Of a stretch of 27,150 nucleotides of DNA, positions 1-9,124 are shown piece by piece; within the stretch, counting starts at the first letter, position 1; each line of letters starts with the position of its first letter. The translations under genes and the position numbers were made by a program. Where the stretch lies: NCBI GenBank assembly GCA_028711925.1, contig JAQTRH010000001.1, positions 1-27,150 on the forward strand. Reading direction: 5' to 3'. This DNA is from Candidatus Nanoarchaeia archaeon (GTDB lineage Archaea > Nanobdellota > Nanobdellia > Woesearchaeales > CG1-02-33-12). The notes below the pieces were generated by a model that made no database searches, was not told the DNA's origin, and saw only the letters and a program-made list of their open reading frames with translations.

Positions 1-1
1 G

Positions 2-541
2 GAGGAAGGTAATCTCCTTGTAAATCTTGCCAGAGAGTCTATTTCTTGCTGTTTTAACAACAAAAATCCTAATATAAGCAAAGTTGAAAAATTTTCTGAT
101 AACCAAGGCGTTTTTGTTACACTAACTAAAAACAATCAGCTAAGAGGGTGCATTGGTTTTCCAGAGCCGGTATTTCCTTTATACAAGGCAGTGATAAAGG
201 CAGCTACAGCAGCAGCATTTGAAGACCCAAGGTTTCCTCCTTTGCAAAAACAGGAGTTTAAAGATATAAGCATAGAGATTTCTGTTCTTACTGTTCCCAG
301 GCTTATCAAGGTTAACAATCCAGAGGATTACCTGAAAAAAATAAAGATAGGAAGAGATGGATTGATAATAAGATCTGGCCTTGGGTCTGGCCTATTATTA
401 CCCCAAGTTGCAACAGAATACAAATGGGATGTGAAAACATTTTTAGAGAATTTATGCCAGAAGGCATGGCTAAGCTCAGATGCATGGAAAGATATCACTA
501 ATAAGCTATACAAGTTCCAAGCCCAGATTTTTAGAGAATAA
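2..541 (+). CDS. AMMECR1-domain protein (AmmeMemoRadiSam protein A family), 5' partial
   Basis: Frame is open from position 2 (EEGNLLVNLARESI...), well upstream of the ORF-track start at 191. Contains GVFVTL, LRGCIG, AAFEDPRF, GRDGLII, GLLLPQVA and LCQKA motifs. Confidence 0.92.
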   Translation, partial: EEGNLLVNLARESISCCFNNKNPNISKVEKFSDNQGVFVTLTKNNQLRGCIGFPEPVFPLYKAVIKAATAAAFEDPRFPPLQKQEFKDISIEISVLTVPRLIKVNNPEDYLKKIKIGRDGLIIRSGLGSGLLLPQVATEYKWDVKTFLENLCQKAWLSSDAWKDITNKLYKFQAQIFRE

Positions 542-543
542 TA

Positions 544-551
544 TTTAAATA
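544..551 (+). promoter_or_regulatory. TATA box of the idsA-ispG-ispH operon (probably leaderless)
   Basis: TTTAAATA ends 22 nt before the ATG at 574; no SD in between. Confidence 0.55.
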
Positions 552-573
552 TATAATACAAATAATCTTTAGA

Positions 574-1626
574 ATGGAAACACGAGACCTATTAAAACAG
601 TATAAAGACAAGGTTAACTCAAAAATTAATGATTTTTTTGATTCTGAAATAAAAAACTGCCAGAATAAAGATGAAAAAATCATCAACCTTATTGATAATC
701 TAAAAGAGTTTAATCTTAGAGGGGGAAAGAGAATAAGGGCAATTCTTGCCTTGGTTTCTTATGAGTTATTTGATGGAAAAGATTTTAATTCTATGCTCGA
801 TATTGCTGTTTCAGTTGAGTTGATGCAGTCATTCTTTCTTATCCATGATGATATCATTGACAATGACAGTTTCAGAAGAGGGGGCCCAACATTCCACAAA
901 ATTTATGAGAACAGCAATGAAAATCTTGGACAAAGACAATCAGAGGGAATAGCAATAGTTGCAGGAGACATTCTTGAGTCATTAAGCAAAAAAATGATTT
1001 TACAATCATGCTTTAATGAACAAATTAAAATAAAGATTCTTGAAAAATTCAATGAAATCATAGAAAATACCTGTTATGGGGAATTTCTGGACATCTTATC
1101 AGCAAAACAACAAAACATGGATGAAGAGGATATAATCAAAATCCATAAGTTTAAGACAGCTAAATACACAATTGAGGGCCCTTTGCAACTTGGGGCCATA
1201 ACAGCTGGCGCTGATGATAAGCAGCTTAAAATATTAAGCGATTATGCAATTCCCCTTGGAATAGCATTTCAAATAAAAGATGATATAATGGGTCTTTTTG
1301 GGGACAATGAAAAGATTGGAAAGCCGGCTGGCTCTGATGTCAGAGAGGGAAAAATTACGCTTTTGATTTTAAAGGCAATTGAAAAATGCTCTGAAGATGA
1401 CAAAAACCTTATAAAAAGTTGCCTTGGGAATGAAGATATAACTGAAGATGAGCTTTCAAAATTAAGAAAAATAATAGTGAAAACAGGCTCCTTAGACTAT
1501 TCTGAAAAGCTTTCTGAGAAGTTAATATTTCAAGCAAAAGATGCATTGAAAAAATCAAGCTTAAGCGAACAATCAAAACATCTTCTTTTTGAAATCGCGG
1601 ATTTAATTCTTAAAAGGGATTGCTAG
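574..1626 (+). CDS. idsA: Short-chain trans-polyprenyl diphosphate synthase (FPP/GGPP synthase)
   Basis: GGKRIR, FARM IHDDIIDNDSFRRG, GDIL, KTAKYT, SARM FQIKDDIMG, GSDVREGKITL. Confidence 0.93.
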   Translation: METRDLLKQYKDKVNSKINDFFDSEIKNCQNKDEKIINLIDNLKEFNLRGGKRIRAILALVSYELFDGKDFNSMLDIAVSVELMQSFFLIHDDIIDNDSFRRGGPTFHKIYENSNENLGQRQSEGIAIVAGDILESLSKKMILQSCFNEQIKIKILEKFNEIIENTCYGEFLDILSAKQQNMDEEDIIKIHKFKTAKYTIEGPLQLGAITAGADDKQLKILSDYAIPLGIAFQIKDDIMGLFGDNEKIGKPAGSDVREGKITLLILKAIEKCSEDDKNLIKSCLGNEDITEDELSKLRKIIVKTGSLDYSEKLSEKLIFQAKDALKKSSLSEQSKHLLFEIADLILKRDC

Positions 1627-1628
1627 AA

Positions 1629-2669
1629 ATGAAAACAAAAAAAACAAGGCTTATCAAGGTTGGAAATGTAAACATAGGAGGCAATTCTGAAATAACAATA
1701 CAATCAATGTGCAACACCAAAACAAAAGACACAGAACAAACAATAAATCAGATAAAAGAACTTGAAAAAGCTGGATGCGATATAGTGAGGGTTGCTGTGG
1801 AGGATATGGATGATGCGCTTGCATTGAAAAAGATAAAGGAAAACATAAATATCCCTTTGGTTGCAGATATACATTTTGATTACAAACTTGCTTTGGAATC
1901 AGCTAAGTATGCTGATAAATTAAGAATAAACCCTGGAAATATTGGCTCAAAAGATAAAGTAAAAATGGTTGTTAATGCAGCAAAAGAGCGCTCTGTTCCA
2001 ATAAGAATCGGTGTTAATCTTGGCTCTATTGAAAAAGAATTCAAGGAAAAATTTGGATTAACAAGCAAGGCAATGGTCGAGTCTGCAATGAAGCATATAA
2101 AGATTCTTGAATATCTTGATTTTTATGATATCATTGTTTCCTTAAAGGCATCTGACATAAAAAGAACTGTTGATGCTTACAGGATGATATCTGAAAAGAT
2201 TGATTATCCTTTGCATCTTGGAATAACAGAAGCAGGAACTGCTTACTCAGGCACAATAAAATCATCTATTGGAATTGGCTCTTTATTATTAGATGGAATT
2301 GGAGACACAATAAGAGTATCACTTACATCAAATCCTGTTGATGAGGTTAGAGCAGGAATTGAGATATTGAAATCCTTGGAATTAAGAAACGGCCCAATAA
2401 TAATATCCTGCCCTGGATGCGGAAGGACAAAGATTAATCTAGAAAAAATCACAAAAGATGTTGAAAATTCTGTTTGTCATTTAAAAAAGCCATTAAAGAT
2501 AGCTGTGATGGGCTGCGAAGTTAATGGTCCTGGCGAGGCCTCTGAAGCAGATATTGGGATTGCAGGAGCAACTGATTGCGCTGTTTTGTTTAAGAAAGGC
2601 AAATTCATCAGAAAAATTGAAAAAAGCAGCATCACAGAATGTTTGCTTAAAGAAATAGAAAAGTTGTGA
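1629..2669 (+). CDS. ispG: (E)-4-hydroxy-3-methylbut-2-enyl diphosphate synthase IspG (short two-domain form)
   Basis: IQSMCNT, GCDIVRVAV, PLVADIHF, RINPGN, IRIGVNLGS, YPLHLGITEAG, GIGDTIRVSLT; Fe-S motifs CPGCGRT and GCEVNGPGEA. ATG at 1629 preferred over TTG at 1620. Confidence 0.97.
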   Translation: MKTKKTRLIKVGNVNIGGNSEITIQSMCNTKTKDTEQTINQIKELEKAGCDIVRVAVEDMDDALALKKIKENINIPLVADIHFDYKLALESAKYADKLRINPGNIGSKDKVKMVVNAAKERSVPIRIGVNLGSIEKEFKEKFGLTSKAMVESAMKHIKILEYLDFYDIIVSLKASDIKRTVDAYRMISEKIDYPLHLGITEAGTAYSGTIKSSIGIGSLLLDGIGDTIRVSLTSNPVDEVRAGIEILKSLELRNGPIIISCPGCGRTKINLEKITKDVENSVCHLKKPLKIAVMGCEVNGPGEASEADIGIAGATDCAVLFKKGKFIRKIEKSSITECLLKEIEKL

Positions 2670-3481
2670 AAATGAAGGTTATATGCGCTGAAAACATGGG
2701 ATTCTGTTCAGGGGTTAAAAGAGCTGTTGATATGGCTTTAAAGCAGAAAGATGCTTTTGTCCTTGGCCAGCTTATACACAATCCACAAGTGGTTGAAATG
2801 CTTGACAAGAAAGGAATAAAGGAAATAAGCTCAGTTGATGATATTGAAAAGGGAAGTTTGATTATAACGGCGCATGGAACAACAAAATCAAATGTTGAAA
2901 AAGCTAAGATAAAAGGTTTAAAAATTATAGACACAACTTGCCCCCTTGTTAAAAAAGTGCAGGACCTTGCAAAAGAGTTCAGCAGTAAAGGTTATGATAT
3001 CATTCTTTTTGGGGATAAAGGGCATTCTGAGGTAAAGGGTATTGTAAGCAATGCAGAAAATATCATTGTTATTTCAAGCAAAGAAGACGCAAAAAATGTT
3101 TTTGTTAAAAAGGCATGCCTATTATCGCAAACAACTCAGTCCATTGAAAAATTTAATGAAATTTCCAAGGTTCTTAAAAGTAATGTAAATGAATTAAAAA
3201 TAATAAATACTATATGCAATGCCACAAAGAAAAGGCAGGATTCTGCAATGAACATAGCAAAGAAGGTTGATATAATGATTGTTATTGGCGGCTATAACAG
3301 CGCGAACACAAAAAGATTAAATGAAATATGCAGCAAAATAACAGAAACTAAACACATTGAAACAACCAGGGAAATAAAAAAAGAATGGTTTCAAGGAAAA
3401 AAATCAGTTGGAATAACAGCAGGAGCGTCAACGCCTGATTTTGTTATAAAAGAAATTAAGAAAAAGATAGAAAGCCTTTAA
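2666..3481 (+). CDS. ispH: 4-hydroxy-3-methylbut-2-enyl diphosphate reductase IspH
   Basis: GFCSGVKRA, IHNPQVV, AHG, DTTCPLV, GHSEV, TICNATKKRQ, SANTKRL, GITAGASTP. GTGA overlap with the ispG stop; alternative ATG at 2672. Confidence 0.97.
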   Translation: MKMKVICAENMGFCSGVKRAVDMALKQKDAFVLGQLIHNPQVVEMLDKKGIKEISSVDDIEKGSLIITAHGTTKSNVEKAKIKGLKIIDTTCPLVKKVQDLAKEFSSKGYDIILFGDKGHSEVKGIVSNAENIIVISSKEDAKNVFVKKACLLSQTTQSIEKFNEISKVLKSNVNELKIINTICNATKKRQDSAMNIAKKVDIMIVIGGYNSANTKRLNEICSKITETKHIETTREIKKEWFQGKKSVGITAGASTPDFVIKEIKKKIESL

Positions 3482-3482
3482 T

Positions 3483-4181
3483 TTATTTTCCGAAGCGCCT
3501 TTCTCTTTTTTTGTATTCTTCAATAACATCTATTAAATCTTGTTTTTCAAATTCCGGCCACATCTTTTCAATAAAGAACCATTCAGAATAAATCGACTGC
3601 CATGTAAGGAAATTGCTTGTTCTTTTATCCCCTCCTGTCCTTATTATCAAATCAGGCTCGCTGCCAAGATCAAGGTTTTCCAATATAATCTTTTCATTTA
3701 TCTCTTCAGGATTAAGTTTGTTTTCTTTTATTTTCTCAGCAATCCTTTTCACAGCATCAACAATTTCTTCCCTTCCGCCGTAGGCAAGGGCAATGTTTAT
3801 CTTGTAATTATCATAATTTTTAGTCTTATCCATTATTTTATGAATTTCATCATTTATATAATCAGAAAAAAGATTATATCTTCCAATAAAATTAATTTTT
3901 ATTTTGTATTTGTCAATATCTTTATTTTCCATTAATTCCTTGAAAGATTCATCAAATATTTTCATAAGGTAATCAAATTCCTTTTTTGGCCTGTTAAAAT
4001 TCTGCATTGAAAAGCAGTATAATGTAAGCTCTTTTATTTTAAGCTCTCTGCACCAAACAAGAAGGTCTTTTAGCTTTTTAGAGCCGTATTCATGCCCTTT
4101 CCAGGGATTAAGATTAAGTTTTTTGGCAAACCGCCTGTTGCCGTCAAGAATAATTCCAATGTGGTTAGGTATTATGCTCAT
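3483..4181 (-). CDS. uppS: cis-prenyltransferase (undecaprenyl/polyprenyl diphosphate synthase)
   Basis: IILDGNRR, FSMQNFNR, NIALAYGGREEI, DLIIRTGGDKRTSNFL, WPEF, RRFGK. Tail-to-tail with ispH, 1-bp gap. Confidence 0.96.
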   Translation of the reverse strand: MSIIPNHIGIILDGNRRFAKKLNLNPWKGHEYGSKKLKDLLVWCRELKIKELTLYCFSMQNFNRPKKEFDYLMKIFDESFKELMENKDIDKYKIKINFIGRYNLFSDYINDEIHKIMDKTKNYDNYKINIALAYGGREEIVDAVKRIAEKIKENKLNPEEINEKIILENLDLGSEPDLIIRTGGDKRTSNFLTWQSIYSEWFFIEKMWPEFEKQDLIDVIEEYKKRERRFGK

Positions 4182-4203
4182 ATAAGAACGCTAAAACAAG
4201 CAC

Positions 4204-4211
4204 TTTATAAA
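4204..4211 (-). promoter_or_regulatory. TATA box (with A-rich BRE-like upstream) for uppS
   Basis: Minus strand CAAAAAGA-TTTATAAA, 22 nt before the ATG at 4181. Confidence 0.6.
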
Positions 4212-4223
4212 TCTTTTTGATAA

Positions 4224-6284
4224 TTAAGGCATTAGAAGTCTATCTATACTACTTATCAATGTTTGTACTTTGTTTATACCTTGGTTGTTTTCAAGTATGT
4301 AATACTTATTCTTAAGTACAACAAGTTCGTTTTCCATTATATACTCAAGTCTTTTATAATCGTTTTTATTCATCCATTTACCTTCTATACAAGAAACCTC
4401 TTCATAAAGATTATTAAAATAACTGTCCAAAACGCCTAATTCATATTCAAATTTTTTATTTGCAATGTAAACGGCATTTTCCTTCTTAGTTTTATACTGA
4501 TTTATAAATGCTTTTAGAGAATCCTCTTTGCTCCAAAAAATATAGTTCTGCAATGAATCTGCCTTATCTTTTAATTTTTTAATTAATCCTAATTCATTTT
4601 TGTATACTTCATTTTTCATTAATCCGTTAACATTTTCTATTATTTCTTCTGCAATATTTGTTTTATTTTTGATGTCTTGCTCAACTCTCTTTATAAGTGA
4701 TTCATATTCCTTTTTACATGTTTTAACATAATCAGACGCCTTTTTTATTTCTGAAATCATGTTATCATCCGAAAAAGAAAAATAAAAATTTTCTAAATCA
4801 GAAAGCTTTAAGTTAATCTGTTCAAGAGATTCGTCTGTTCCCGGGTTATCCCATTTATTATTATAAATAGTCTTTTTCAATTTCAAAAAATCCGACTCGG
4901 CCTTTCTTTTTTTCTCATCGGTTTGATCTATTAAAGTATAACGAAGTTTTTTTATTTTATCTTCAATCTGTTCATTTCCATCAAAAAACACATTATTTTT
5001 AATTATAGAGTAAAGTTCAGTATAATCATTTAATTTATAAATATAGTTGTTAATGTGGTCCACCTTATCCTTTGTAATATTTTCAAAAATTGCATCATAT
5101 TCGTAAGAAAATTCCTCTATTTCTTTTAGTTTAGTGTCTATATTTTTAAAGGCAAAAAGAAAATTTTCATTTAATATATTGTTTAATTTACTGACCTCTG
5201 TTTTATAAGCATTAACCTCAGTTTTCAGAAGTATTTCATCCATAAATTTATCATAATTATCGAAACATTGCGAATCTATTGAAATTAAATTTAAATAATT
5301 TAATTCTTCATTTTTTATCCCGTTTTGAAAGAGAGAATATGCCCTCCCAGTCAATTTTTCTATATCTTTTATTTTGCCTTCTATGGTTTTCCTTGTATTG
5401 TCAATTGTATCCATATACTTGCTTTTTATTCCTGATATGTTTTCTTTTATCTTTTCGGTATTTTTTGCTTTATCATAAACTCCTAAAGATAAATAGCAAT
5501 TTTCTATTTCATCGCTTTTTAAAATAAACTTTTCAAGTTTTTCTGAAGATGCTATCTTACTAAAACTATTTGATTTTATTATATCAACCAACTTTTCAAG
5601 ATTTTTATCAATTTCTGCCTCCTTGACATTCAATTTTCTGTTTATATAATCCCTCAATGAATGAAGTTCAGCAATTATTAATGAAGAACCCTGCTTGAAA
5701 TTTTTATTGTAAACAAGACCAGAAAACATTTTAATTTCATCATCAATATTGTCAAGTGTTTGGTGGATTATTCCTATTTTTTCTTTAAAATTTTCAAATG
5801 TTAAAGTATCAACAGCATTTTTTCTATCATAAATCTTTGACAGGATTATTTTTTTTTCATTTTCAAACTCTTTTAGCAATTCCTTATTTCTGACGAATTT
5901 CAAAGGAAAATGAACTATTTCGTTTTTTTCAATGTTTAAATCAAAATAATCATCAAATTTTAAATTTAAGTTTATTATTTTCTCTAAATCATAATTATCA
6001 ATGCAGACTTTATCTGCTACTTCTTCAAGTTTTTCATTTTCAGTTGATTGATAGTACATAGATTTCTGAAAATTAATGTCTTGAATTTTTTTAAGATGAT
6101 TGTATGAATATGAAGAAAATCCTATTAAGGATGCAATTATCAGTGCCGTAGCTGATTTCAATACTCTGTGTTTAAATCCTTTTACTGTTTCTTGTTCATT
6201 GCTTATTCTTTCATCAATTATTCTATTTGTATCAATAAAATTCAATTCTGCTTCTTTGATTATTTGTTTGTATTCTTCATTCAT
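4224..6284 (-). CDS. Hypothetical 686-aa protein: one N-proximal TM helix and a long alpha-helical K/E/N-rich region
   Basis: Long ORF; hydrophobic SATALIIASLIGFSSYSY at about residues 44-61; ATGA overlap with the upstream gene. No family recognised. Confidence 0.8.
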   Translation of the reverse strand: MNEEYKQIIKEAELNFIDTNRIIDERISNEQETVKGFKHRVLKSATALIIASLIGFSSYSYNHLKKIQDINFQKSMYYQSTENEKLEEVADKVCIDNYDLEKIINLNLKFDDYFDLNIEKNEIVHFPLKFVRNKELLKEFENEKKIILSKIYDRKNAVDTLTFENFKEKIGIIHQTLDNIDDEIKMFSGLVYNKNFKQGSSLIIAELHSLRDYINRKLNVKEAEIDKNLEKLVDIIKSNSFSKIASSEKLEKFILKSDEIENCYLSLGVYDKAKNTEKIKENISGIKSKYMDTIDNTRKTIEGKIKDIEKLTGRAYSLFQNGIKNEELNYLNLISIDSQCFDNYDKFMDEILLKTEVNAYKTEVSKLNNILNENFLFAFKNIDTKLKEIEEFSYEYDAIFENITKDKVDHINNYIYKLNDYTELYSIIKNNVFFDGNEQIEDKIKKLRYTLIDQTDEKKRKAESDFLKLKKTIYNNKWDNPGTDESLEQINLKLSDLENFYFSFSDDNMISEIKKASDYVKTCKKEYESLIKRVEQDIKNKTNIAEEIIENVNGLMKNEVYKNELGLIKKLKDKADSLQNYIFWSKEDSLKAFINQYKTKKENAVYIANKKFEYELGVLDSYFNNLYEEVSCIEGKWMNKNDYKRLEYIMENELVVLKNKYYILENNQGINKVQTLISSIDRLLMP

Positions 6285-6712
6285 TTTTCAAGAATTTGTT
6301 TTATCTTTTTGAATTTATTGTAATAATCAGAAAATTTTTCCTCATTAATTCGAAATTCATTTAATCTTTTTAATGAATTTTTATAGCCTTGATATTTTTC
6401 TTCTTTTAAAAAAAAATCTTTTATTGAATTGCTATTCTCATTTAAAATATGAATTGCACTTGAAACTTTTTCTTGAAAAAGCTTTTCAGTTTTACCTTTT
6501 TTTAAGTTATATTCTTTTAACAAGTCATTGTTTTCACTATAATTAGAAACACAATAATCCAAAAGGATTTTTTTTACATCATCAAATAGAGATATATCAT
6601 CATCAGAAATATTTTCAAAAACAGATAATTCAAGGAGTTGGTGGTTATAGTCAATCTTTTGGATCTTGTTTTGTATCTTATTTTTTTCTCTTTGAATTAT
6701 TTCTTCTTCCAT
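6281..6712 (-). CDS. Hypothetical 143-aa helical protein
   Basis: ORF packed in the operon (12-nt gap upstream, ATGA overlap downstream). Confidence 0.75.
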   Translation of the reverse strand: MEEEIIQREKNKIQNKIQKIDYNHQLLELSVFENISDDDISLFDDVKKILLDYCVSNYSENNDLLKEYNLKKGKTEKLFQEKVSSAIHILNENSNSIKDFFLKEEKYQGYKNSLKRLNEFRINEEKFSDYYNKFKKIKQILEK

Positions 6713-6724
6713 TTTAAAAACCTT

Positions 6725-7813
6725 TTAACTGTAAAATATTCTGTTAAATTCAGATTCAATTTCAGGCGTAAGGTTTTTTATTGAATTTGAAAAATTTTGG
6801 TCAATCCTCAAAGCTAAACTGTTATTTATCCTATACTGAAAACCTATTTTGTAAGATTCTAATTTTCCTTTTCCTATATTATTTAAAAATTCCATGCCGT
6901 ATTTTTCTGCGAATTTTCGAATTTTGTTTTGTCTCAAAATCTCATTTTTTGTATTTCCCTGTGTTTCATTTGATGCATACAAAAACTCCCAGAGATTAGG
7001 ATTTGCATTATTTTTTTCCATTATACTCCATAAACTATCCCCTCTCTTAAGAAAATAATCCTCTTGTATTTCCTGTTCTTGATTCAATCGTTGTGCATAG
7101 TACAACTTTTTATCAAACTCAGAAATTGTATTTTTTTCTTCTAAAAGATAAGAATAAAAATTTTTATCTCTATTCCCGCTTGCTATAACATAATAACTAT
7201 TTTTTGGATTATCATTTTCATTTAACTCAATTTTATCCTCAATCGTCTGTTCAAGTCTTTTACTTGGATTGATCTGGTCTGCATTTTCTTTTAAATCATT
7301 TCCATATCCGAAACCAACAAAAAAAGATAAAGCGCCAATAAGAGTGTATCTTACCATGCTTTTTATATTTTTTTTAAAAAAATCTTTTGTTTTATTGTAA
7401 TCCTTGGTAATAACTGCGCCTAAATATTGTTTTGGTTTTTTATACAACAAAGAAACATTTTGTATCTTGTTTTTTATTTTATTTTTAATATGTTCATCTT
7501 GTTTTACTAATCCATAATTAAAATTTTTTCTCTTTTTACTTTTTCTCCATTCAATATTTCTTCCGTTTTGATGATATTCCCTAAGTACTCTGTATAAGGT
7601 GGATACACTGAAATTGCTTTTTTTGCTGTCATCTCTTCCTTCGTTTAGTTTGTTGCATATTTCATTAACTCTTACATCATTGTTGTTGTAAATACTAATT
7701 ACTTTTTCTTTGTCATGATAACCTATTTTTCTTCCATATTTGAAACCTTTTTTTTTAGGTTCTGCATTTCCATTGCTGATTATATAGTCTATTGTTTTTT
7801 TGTCTTTCATCAT
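6725..7813 (-). CDS. Membrane protein with N-terminal HTH-like region, one TM helix and C-terminal LysM-like motif
   Basis: DKEKVISIY...VNEICNKL...FSVSTLYRVLREY (HTH-like); YTLIGALSFFVGFGYG (TM); YFLKRGDSLWSIMEK...LWEFLYASN (LysM-like). ORF is secure, domain calls are by eye. Confidence 0.65.
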   Translation of the reverse strand: MMKDKKTIDYIISNGNAEPKKKGFKYGRKIGYHDKEKVISIYNNNDVRVNEICNKLNEGRDDSKKSNFSVSTLYRVLREYHQNGRNIEWRKSKKRKNFNYGLVKQDEHIKNKIKNKIQNVSLLYKKPKQYLGAVITKDYNKTKDFFKKNIKSMVRYTLIGALSFFVGFGYGNDLKENADQINPSKRLEQTIEDKIELNENDNPKNSYYVIASGNRDKNFYSYLLEEKNTISEFDKKLYYAQRLNQEQEIQEDYFLKRGDSLWSIMEKNNANPNLWEFLYASNETQGNTKNEILRQNKIRKFAEKYGMEFLNNIGKGKLESYKIGFQYRINNSLALRIDQNFSNSIKNLTPEIESEFNRIFYS

Positions 7814-8892
7814 AAATTAAAAAGAGATTTATTAAATTTCTCATTTGTGTTAATCAGCCTGCGGTCATACACATTGGATATATCATTAAATATTGAATAG
7901 AGGATAGGATTTGAATCTCTATACTGGTTCGCCAGTTCTCTGGGATTTTTCTCAACACCAATTGCTTTTCTTATCCCTTTACCTACTATGTTCTGCACAT
8001 TGTAAGTGTAGTTTTCTATTTGGTTCACACTGTTGAACAAGGAATCTATAGCATAACTCTGCTTGTTTAGTGGATCATAAATCGGTTTTGTTATCCTGAT
8101 AAAATCAAGTATTCTCTTTGTTTTATCTATAAGTTCCTCAGAAGTAAAGGTATAAATTGATATTATCTTCTCTATTTTTTCAAGTTTTGGATCAATTTTT
8201 AGGTAATCAATAAAATTTTCTTCATTTAAGTGTAAATTGTGCACTAGCCTATCTCTTTTTCTCTCTGAGTCTTCAATTAGATTTTTTATCCTAAAATATC
8301 CATTTTCAGAAGCCTTCATTGAACCAAACTTTCTCTTTGCTAGATTATAATCTCTTATAACTTTCTCAAGTTTTTCATTTAGATAATTATGTACAGTAAT
8401 TCTTTTATCCATATCGGATGTCTTTCTTCTTCTATTATTAACCAGGCCTTTATACCTCTTGTTTAACTCAGTTGTCATTGAAAGAAGGGTTAAATTTATC
8501 TCTGAAAGATGGTTCTCTCCCAAAGTCATTATTTCATCAATTGTGTAATTTTTTCCAAAGACATTAATTTTAAAAAAATCAATTACACCATAACCTGCTT
8601 TATGAAATACTGACTTTCCTCTTATTAATTGTCTTTTGAATGCATAATTTATATTCTTAAGTTCTTTTGCTTGTCCAATTATATAAACCAAGTTTCCATC
8701 TGAATTCTTGGAAACTAAATTATTGTTTGCACTAATGGCTTGTCTTTTTTCATTTAGTAATTCTTCCATTTTAGATGTTTCGTTTGGTTCTGAATAAGCT
8801 TTTTGTTCATTTTCATTGTCCTCAACTAATTTCCATATATCTGATTCAGCTTCCTGCCTTCCATTATCATTTTCCTCTGAACTTGTTTTCAT
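7810..8892 (-). CDS. Hypothetical 360-aa soluble helical/coiled-coil protein
   Basis: ORF with SD GGAGGT 7 nt upstream; no hydrophobic segment; acidic low-complexity N-terminus. Confidence 0.8.
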   Translation of the reverse strand: MKTSSEENDNGRQEAESDIWKLVEDNENEQKAYSEPNETSKMEELLNEKRQAISANNNLVSKNSDGNLVYIIGQAKELKNINYAFKRQLIRGKSVFHKAGYGVIDFFKINVFGKNYTIDEIMTLGENHLSEINLTLLSMTTELNKRYKGLVNNRRRKTSDMDKRITVHNYLNEKLEKVIRDYNLAKRKFGSMKASENGYFRIKNLIEDSERKRDRLVHNLHLNEENFIDYLKIDPKLEKIEKIISIYTFTSEELIDKTKRILDFIRITKPIYDPLNKQSYAIDSLFNSVNQIENYTYNVQNIVGKGIRKAIGVEKNPRELANQYRDSNPILYSIFNDISNVYDRRLINTNEKFNKSLFNL

Positions 8893-8905
8893 TTTTCATA
8901 CCTCC

Positions 8906-9124
8906 TCATTTATAATCAAGATTATTATACATTATTTTTTCAATTCCTTTTTGTTTTTCTATACTCTTGGTTACCCTTTCATCAATGGTTTGATAATAAG
9001 CGTGGTTTGCATAATTTGAAATCTTAATCTCAGATTCAATAGTTTTGTTTTCACATCCTCCACCCATGTAATAACCAAGACTAAAACAGATAAAGCCAAA
9101 GAGAAATTTTCTAATAAGACTCAT
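8906..9124 (-). CDS. Small exported or membrane-anchored protein (72 aa)
   Basis: SD GGGAGG 8 nt upstream; RK followed by hydrophobic FLFGFICFSLGYYM, then GGGC. Confidence 0.75.
   Translation of the reverse strand: MSLIRKFLFGFICFSLGYYMGGGCENKTIESEIKISNYANHAYYQTIDERVTKSIEKQKGIEKIMYNNLDYK

Noticed and set aside
574-3481. Bacterial contig contamination as the source of ispG/ispH
   Set aside because: Archaeal-style TATA/leaderless start, similar composition and continuous gene packing with archaeal genes argue against it; read-level confirmation is still needed.
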